Shown here: positions 49,625-53,036 of the stretch, in pieces
Position numbering within the stretch: position 1 is the stretch's first letter
Layout of the letters: every line of letters begins with the position of its first letter
From: Phascolarctobacterium sp.
GTDB lineage: Bacteria; Bacillota; Negativicutes; Acidaminococcales; Acidaminococcaceae
Reading direction: 5' to 3'
Assembly: GCA_017452325.1 (NCBI GenBank)
Contig: JAFTMR010000003.1
Location: 1 to 53,036, forward strand
DNA length: 53,036 nt
Notes under the pieces: model-generated
Seen by the model: only the letters and a program-made list of their open reading frames with translations
Database searches by the model: none
What the model was told of the DNA's origin: nothing
Made by a program: the position numbers and the translations under genes

Positions 49625-50269
49625 ATGAAACAATTAACAGAAGTAGTATTTATCTTAGACCGCAGCGGTTCCATGCATGGTTTGGAAAAAGATACCATTG
49701 GTGGCTTCAACAGTATGCTTGCCAAGCAAAAGGAGATTGAAGGGGAAGTGCTGGTTTCCACAGTTCTTTTTGATGACAAGTGCGAGATTTTGCACGACAG
49801 AAGACAAATCAACGACATGCAACCCATCACCGAAAAGGAATATTATGTGCGTGGTTGTACTGCCCTGCTTGACGCTGTTGGTGGAGCCATTCATCACATT
49901 GGTAACGTTCATAAGTACGCTCGCGAGGAAGATAGACCTGGCAAGACCTTGTTCGTTATCATTACTGACGGTATGGAAAACGCAAGTAAGCGCTACACCT
50001 ATCCCAAGGTGAAAGAAATGATTGAACGTCAGCAAAAACGTTACGGCTGGGAATTTATGTTTCTTGGCGCGAATATGGATGCCATAGCGGAGGCACGTCG
50101 TTACGGCATTAGACCGGAGATGGCTACTAACTACGTTTGCGATGAAGAAGGTACTGCTCTGAATTATGAAGCAGTGAGCGAAGCTATTTGCAGTATTCGT
50201 GCGTGCAGACCGATGACTGCGGCGTGGAAGGAAAAAATTGAAAAGGACTATGCCAAACGTGGAAGATAA
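49625..50269 (+). CDS. Small stand-alone vWA-domain protein with an intact MIDAS motif
   Basis: VFILDRSGSM, GCTALLDAVG and VIITDGMEN. Start at ATG 49625 behind AAGGAGG. Confidence 0.8.
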   Translation: MKQLTEVVFILDRSGSMHGLEKDTIGGFNSMLAKQKEIEGEVLVSTVLFDDKCEILHDRRQINDMQPITEKEYYVRGCTALLDAVGGAIHHIGNVHKYAREEDRPGKTLFVIITDGMENASKRYTYPKVKEMIERQQKRYGWEFMFLGANMDAIAEARRYGIRPEMATNYVCDEEGTALNYEAVSEAICSIRACRPMTAAWKEKIEKDYAKRGR

Positions 50270-50306
50270 TGAGTTAATATTCCTTCTAAGTTAATACGCA
50301 TAAACT

Positions 50307-50340
50307 AAAAACCGTTCCTCAAATGAGGAACGGTTTTATT
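50307..50340 (+). terminator. Rho-independent terminator after the vWA gene
   Basis: ACCGTTCCTC-AAAT-GAGGAACGGT followed by TTTT. Confidence 0.8.
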
Positions 50341-50342
50341 AC

Positions 50343-50371
50343 TTTACATACGTAATGTTACGTAGTAAAAT
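50343..50371 (+). promoter_or_regulatory. hicAB promoter with an embedded 16-bp palindromic operator candidate
   Basis: TTTACA, 17 nt, TAAAAT. The spacer contains TACGTAA-TG-TTACGTA (50349-50364). Confidence 0.5.
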
Positions 50372-50391
50372 CATCTTAAGGAGGGATGAAG

Positions 50392-50586
50392 ATGCCACTA
50401 ACTCCCAAAGAGATGATTAGGTTGTTAGAGAAAAATGGATTCATTCATATAAAAAGCAATAATGGATCGCATCAAAAATATTTTAATCCCAAGAAGAATG
50501 TAACTGTCATCATACCATTACATTCACGTGAATTAGGAAAAGGCTTAGAGCAAGCTATCTTAAAGCTTGCAGGGTTGAAACGTTGA
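50392..50586 (+). CDS. hicA: HicA-family mRNA interferase toxin
   Basis: MPLTPKEMIRLLEKNGFIHIKSNNGSHQKY is a typical HicA. ATG 50392 is better spaced from AAGGAGGG than ATG 50386. Confidence 0.85.
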   Translation: MPLTPKEMIRLLEKNGFIHIKSNNGSHQKYFNPKKNVTVIIPLHSRELGKGLEQAILKLAGLKR

Positions 50587-50606
50587 GGCTTGAGAGGTAG
50601 TTAATT

Positions 50607-51002
50607 ATGAAAAAGTATTTTTATCCAGTTATTTTTGAACCGGAAGAAGTGGGGGTTTCCGTATACGTACCTGACCTTCCCGGTTGTTTTACACAAGGCG
50701 ATTCTTTAGAAGAAGCATTGGATAATGTGCAGGAAGCCATGGGTTTATTTTTAGAGGATATTGATCCCAAAGATTATCCTAAGGCTACGAAACCTAACGA
50801 AGTGGATTTAGAAGGACAACAATTTATAATGATGGTCGCTTTCGATAAGTTGGCTTACGATAGGAAATATAATGCTAAAGCTGTGAAAAAGACCTTGTCT
50901 ATTCCTGCATGGCTTAATAATATGGCACAAGAAAGAAATATCAACTTCTCTAATTTGTTGCAAAAGGCATTACTTAATGAATTAGGTGTTACCCAACAAT
51001 AA
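50607..51002 (+). CDS. hicB: HicB-family antitoxin with a C-terminal RHH-like DNA-binding tail
   Basis: YPVIFEPEEVGVSVYVPDLPGCFTQGDSLEEAL is a typical HicB N-domain. Confidence 0.85.
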   Translation: MKKYFYPVIFEPEEVGVSVYVPDLPGCFTQGDSLEEALDNVQEAMGLFLEDIDPKDYPKATKPNEVDLEGQQFIMMVAFDKLAYDRKYNAKAVKKTLSIPAWLNNMAQERNINFSNLLQKALLNELGVTQQ

Positions 51003-51012
51003 TATATTCAGC

Positions 51013-51054
51013 AAAAAAACTCCGTCCCTCGTATGAGGAACGGAGTTAAGTTTT
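51013..51054. terminator. Bidirectional terminator (hicB / convergent metQ)
   Basis: CTCCGTCCCTC-GTAT-GAGGAACGGAG flanked by an A-run and a T-rich run. The stem resembles the hairpin at 50307-50340. Confidence 0.75.
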
Positions 51055-51063
51055 ATGAGCTTC

Positions 51064-51891
51064 TTACCACGCCGGAGTGATGGTACCTTTGAAGTATTCG
51101 TTTACGAATTTTTTGTTTTCAGCGGATTGGTAAACTTCTTGCAGTTGTTTGATGCGCGGGTCGTTTACGTTAGCTTCGCGGGTAACAAAAATGTTCAGGA
51201 ACGGGTTGTCTGCGTTTTCCAGCAAGATGGAATCGTTGGTGGGGTTAAGGCCTGCGGGCAGAGCGTAGTTGCAGTTGATAACAGCAACGGTCAGGTCAGG
51301 CAAGCTGTTGGGAATGATTGCTGCATCCAGTTCGCGGATAACCAAGTTTTTCGGGTTAGCAGTGATGTCCTTAACGTTGGTAACAACATTGGTTTTGTCT
51401 TTGATTTCAATCAAGCCTTTGTCAGCCAACAGGAGCAGTGCGCGACCACCGTTGGAGGGGTCGTTAGGAATACCAACGATTGCACCTTCGGGGATTTCTT
51501 CACCCTTTTTAACTTTTTGGGAATATACAGCCATGGGGAAGTTTACGGTTTTGAAAACTTCTACTAACTTAAAGGAAGGCTCTTTAGCCAAGGTTGCTTT
51601 CAGGTAGGGAGCGTGTTGCATGGAGTTTGCAAAGAGTTCCCCTTGATGGAGAGCAACGTTAGGAGTTACATAATCGGAGAATTCTACAACTTCGATTTTC
51701 AAGCCTTTTTTATCAGCCAATTTTTTTACATTGTCCATAATTTCAGCGTGGGGACCAGCGGTTACACCAATTTTAATGGGAGCAGAGGTATCTGCTTTTT
51801 TGTCAGCTTTCTTATCGCCGCCACAACCTACTGCGAAGGCGGTAAATGCACAAAGTGCTGCGATGCTTAAAACTTTAGCTAATTTCTTCAT
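51064..51891 (-). CDS. metQ: Methionine ABC transporter substrate-binding lipoprotein (NlpA/MetQ family)
   Basis: Lipobox FAVGC. MetQ-like body. Downstream of metI/metN. Confidence 0.9.
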   Translation of the reverse strand: MKKLAKVLSIAALCAFTAFAVGCGGDKKADKKADTSAPIKIGVTAGPHAEIMDNVKKLADKKGLKIEVVEFSDYVTPNVALHQGELFANSMQHAPYLKATLAKEPSFKLVEVFKTVNFPMAVYSQKVKKGEEIPEGAIVGIPNDPSNGGRALLLLADKGLIEIKDKTNVVTNVKDITANPKNLVIRELDAAIIPNSLPDLTVAVINCNYALPAGLNPTNDSILLENADNPFLNIFVTREANVNDPRIKQLQEVYQSAENKKFVNEYFKGTITPAW

Positions 51892-51969
51892 AATAAATTC
51901 CTCCTTAACATTTCTGGGGTACTTTATTTTAAATAGAAAGGCGCGCTATCCTTCTATTTAAAGGTAGAA

Positions 51970-52629
51970 TTACAATTTATTTTTATTGAGCTTCTTGCTC
52001 ATCCAGTCACCGAAGGATTGCATAACCTGAACCATTACGATGAGCACGACAACGGTAACAATCATAACGTCCATTTGGAAGCGTTGGTAACCGTAGCGTA
52101 TTGCCAAGTCACCCAAACCGCCGCCGCCAAGTGCGCCAGCCATTGCGGAATAACCAATTAAGCTGATAATGGCGAGGGTTACACCCAACACGATGGAGTG
52201 GAGTGCTTCCGGAAGTAAAACCTTGGTGATGATTTGCATGGGGCTTGCACCCATTGCTTGAGCTGCTTCGATGATACCGGGATTGATTTCCAGTAAGGAA
52301 GATTCAATGATGCGGGCAATGAAGGGCGCTGCAGAAATGGTCAGCGGAACGATTGCCGCGGTGGTACCAATGGAGGAGCCAACTATCATACGGGTTACAG
52401 GGATGATGGCAACCATCAAGATAATGAACGGAGTAGAACGGGTTGCGTTAACAATTGCGCCTAATACGGAGTTGATGGCTGCGTTGGGAAGGATGTGATC
52501 TTTGCGAGTTACGGTCAAAATCACACCCAGGGGCATACCTACTGCGGTAGCGAGTGCTGCAGAAGCGAAAACCATATAGCAGGTTTCCCAGAAAGATTTT
52601 ATCAAAAGTTCAATCATATCAGGACTCAT
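51970..52629 (-). CDS. metI: Methionine ABC transporter permease
   Basis: Polytopic permease. ATG at complement 52627-52629 behind GGAGGT, overlapping the metN stop. Confidence 0.9.
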   Translation of the reverse strand: MSPDMIELLIKSFWETCYMVFASAALATAVGMPLGVILTVTRKDHILPNAAINSVLGAIVNATRSTPFIILMVAIIPVTRMIVGSSIGTTAAIVPLTISAAPFIARIIESSLLEINPGIIEAAQAMGASPMQIITKVLLPEALHSIVLGVTLAIISLIGYSAMAGALGGGGLGDLAIRYGYQRFQMDVMIVTVVVLIVMVQVMQSFGDWMSKKLNKNKL

Positions 52630-53036
52630 AACCAATTACCTCCGTTTTCAGATTTTGGCTGTGCAGGTAAGCCAAGGCATTATCGATACCTTTGTGGGTA
52701 CCGGAGATTTCGATAATCAAAGTACCAAAAGGAACATCTTTCAGTTGAGCGATGTTACCGAACAGAATACTTACGTCTACATCAAATTTCTTAACCATAC
52801 CGGAAACGATGGGTTCGCCTGCAGAATCTCCCAAGAAGGAGATGCGTACGATGAGCTTGCTGCCTTCAACATATTGGCTATTCAGATTCATATTCCGGAT
52901 GATTTCAGGAAGCTCTGCATTCATAACGCTCTTGGTAAATTCTTTGGTGGTTTCGTGTTGGGGATTGGTGAATACTTCAACCATATCACCTTGTTCAATG
53001 ATGCTGCCATTGTCGATTACAGCAACACGATCACAA
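52619..53036 (-). CDS. metN: Methionine ABC transporter ATP-binding protein, C-terminal part with NIL domain (5' end outside the window)
   Basis: The reading frame is open to the window edge (..DRVAVIDNGSIIEQGDMVEVFTNPQHETTKEFT..), with an NIL-domain-like tail ending at stop 52619-52621. Confidence 0.85.
   Translation of the reverse strand, partial: CDRVAVIDNGSIIEQGDMVEVFTNPQHETTKEFTKSVMNAELPEIIRNMNLNSQYVEGSKLIVRISFLGDSAGEPIVSGMVKKFDVDVSILFGNIAQLKDVPFGTLIIEISGTHKGIDNALAYLHSQNLKTEVIGYES

Noticed and set aside
51055-51961. Plus-strand ORFs of 76-170 aa (51055-51567, 51269-51607, 51613-51870, 51731-51961).
   Set aside because: All are antisense to the clearly identifiable metQ lipoprotein gene and have no RBS or motifs.

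Overview
This is a 53,036-bp chromosomal segment. Its core gene order is Firmicute-like: pcrA-ligA; a G5/3D protein with rnmV and rsmA; tRNA-Ser, SRP RNA, dnaX-ybaB-recR-bofA; DegV/FakB-FakA; and metNIQ. It also encodes outer-membrane beta-barrel proteins (a FadL-family protein and a small porin-like protein ending in Phe). From that I infer a diderm Firmicute (Negativicutes-like) host, which is inference only. Core DNA is roughly 50 % GC by spot counts on single 60-nt lines, and two visibly AT-rich accessory islands interrupt it. Island 1 (about 5.73-17.5 kb, directly after ligA) is one co-directional gene string: a Fic protein, hsdM, an AlbA_2/Schlafen-like ATPase, hsdS, three uncharacterised genes (unknown, DUF2971-like, DUF2806-like) and a DUF4145-type hsdR. 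It is bracketed by a duplicated stop-codon/terminator module. Island 2 (about 44.04-51.05 kb, between lysO-like genes and metQ) holds a candidate type I toxin-antitoxin locus, a 205-bp palindromic element, an McrBC-like pair, a macro-domain/HTH fusion, a small vWA protein and hicAB. I saw no integrase, transposase, CRISPR array or rRNA. The best candidates for an undescribed system are (i) the three-gene cassette locked between hsdS and hsdR and (ii) the macro-HTH plus vWA pair apparently co-transcribed with mcrBC. A family of about 120-bp long-hairpin repeats that begin at the stop codons of several genes is a further unexplained signal. All family assignments come from motif recognition by eye, not from database searches.
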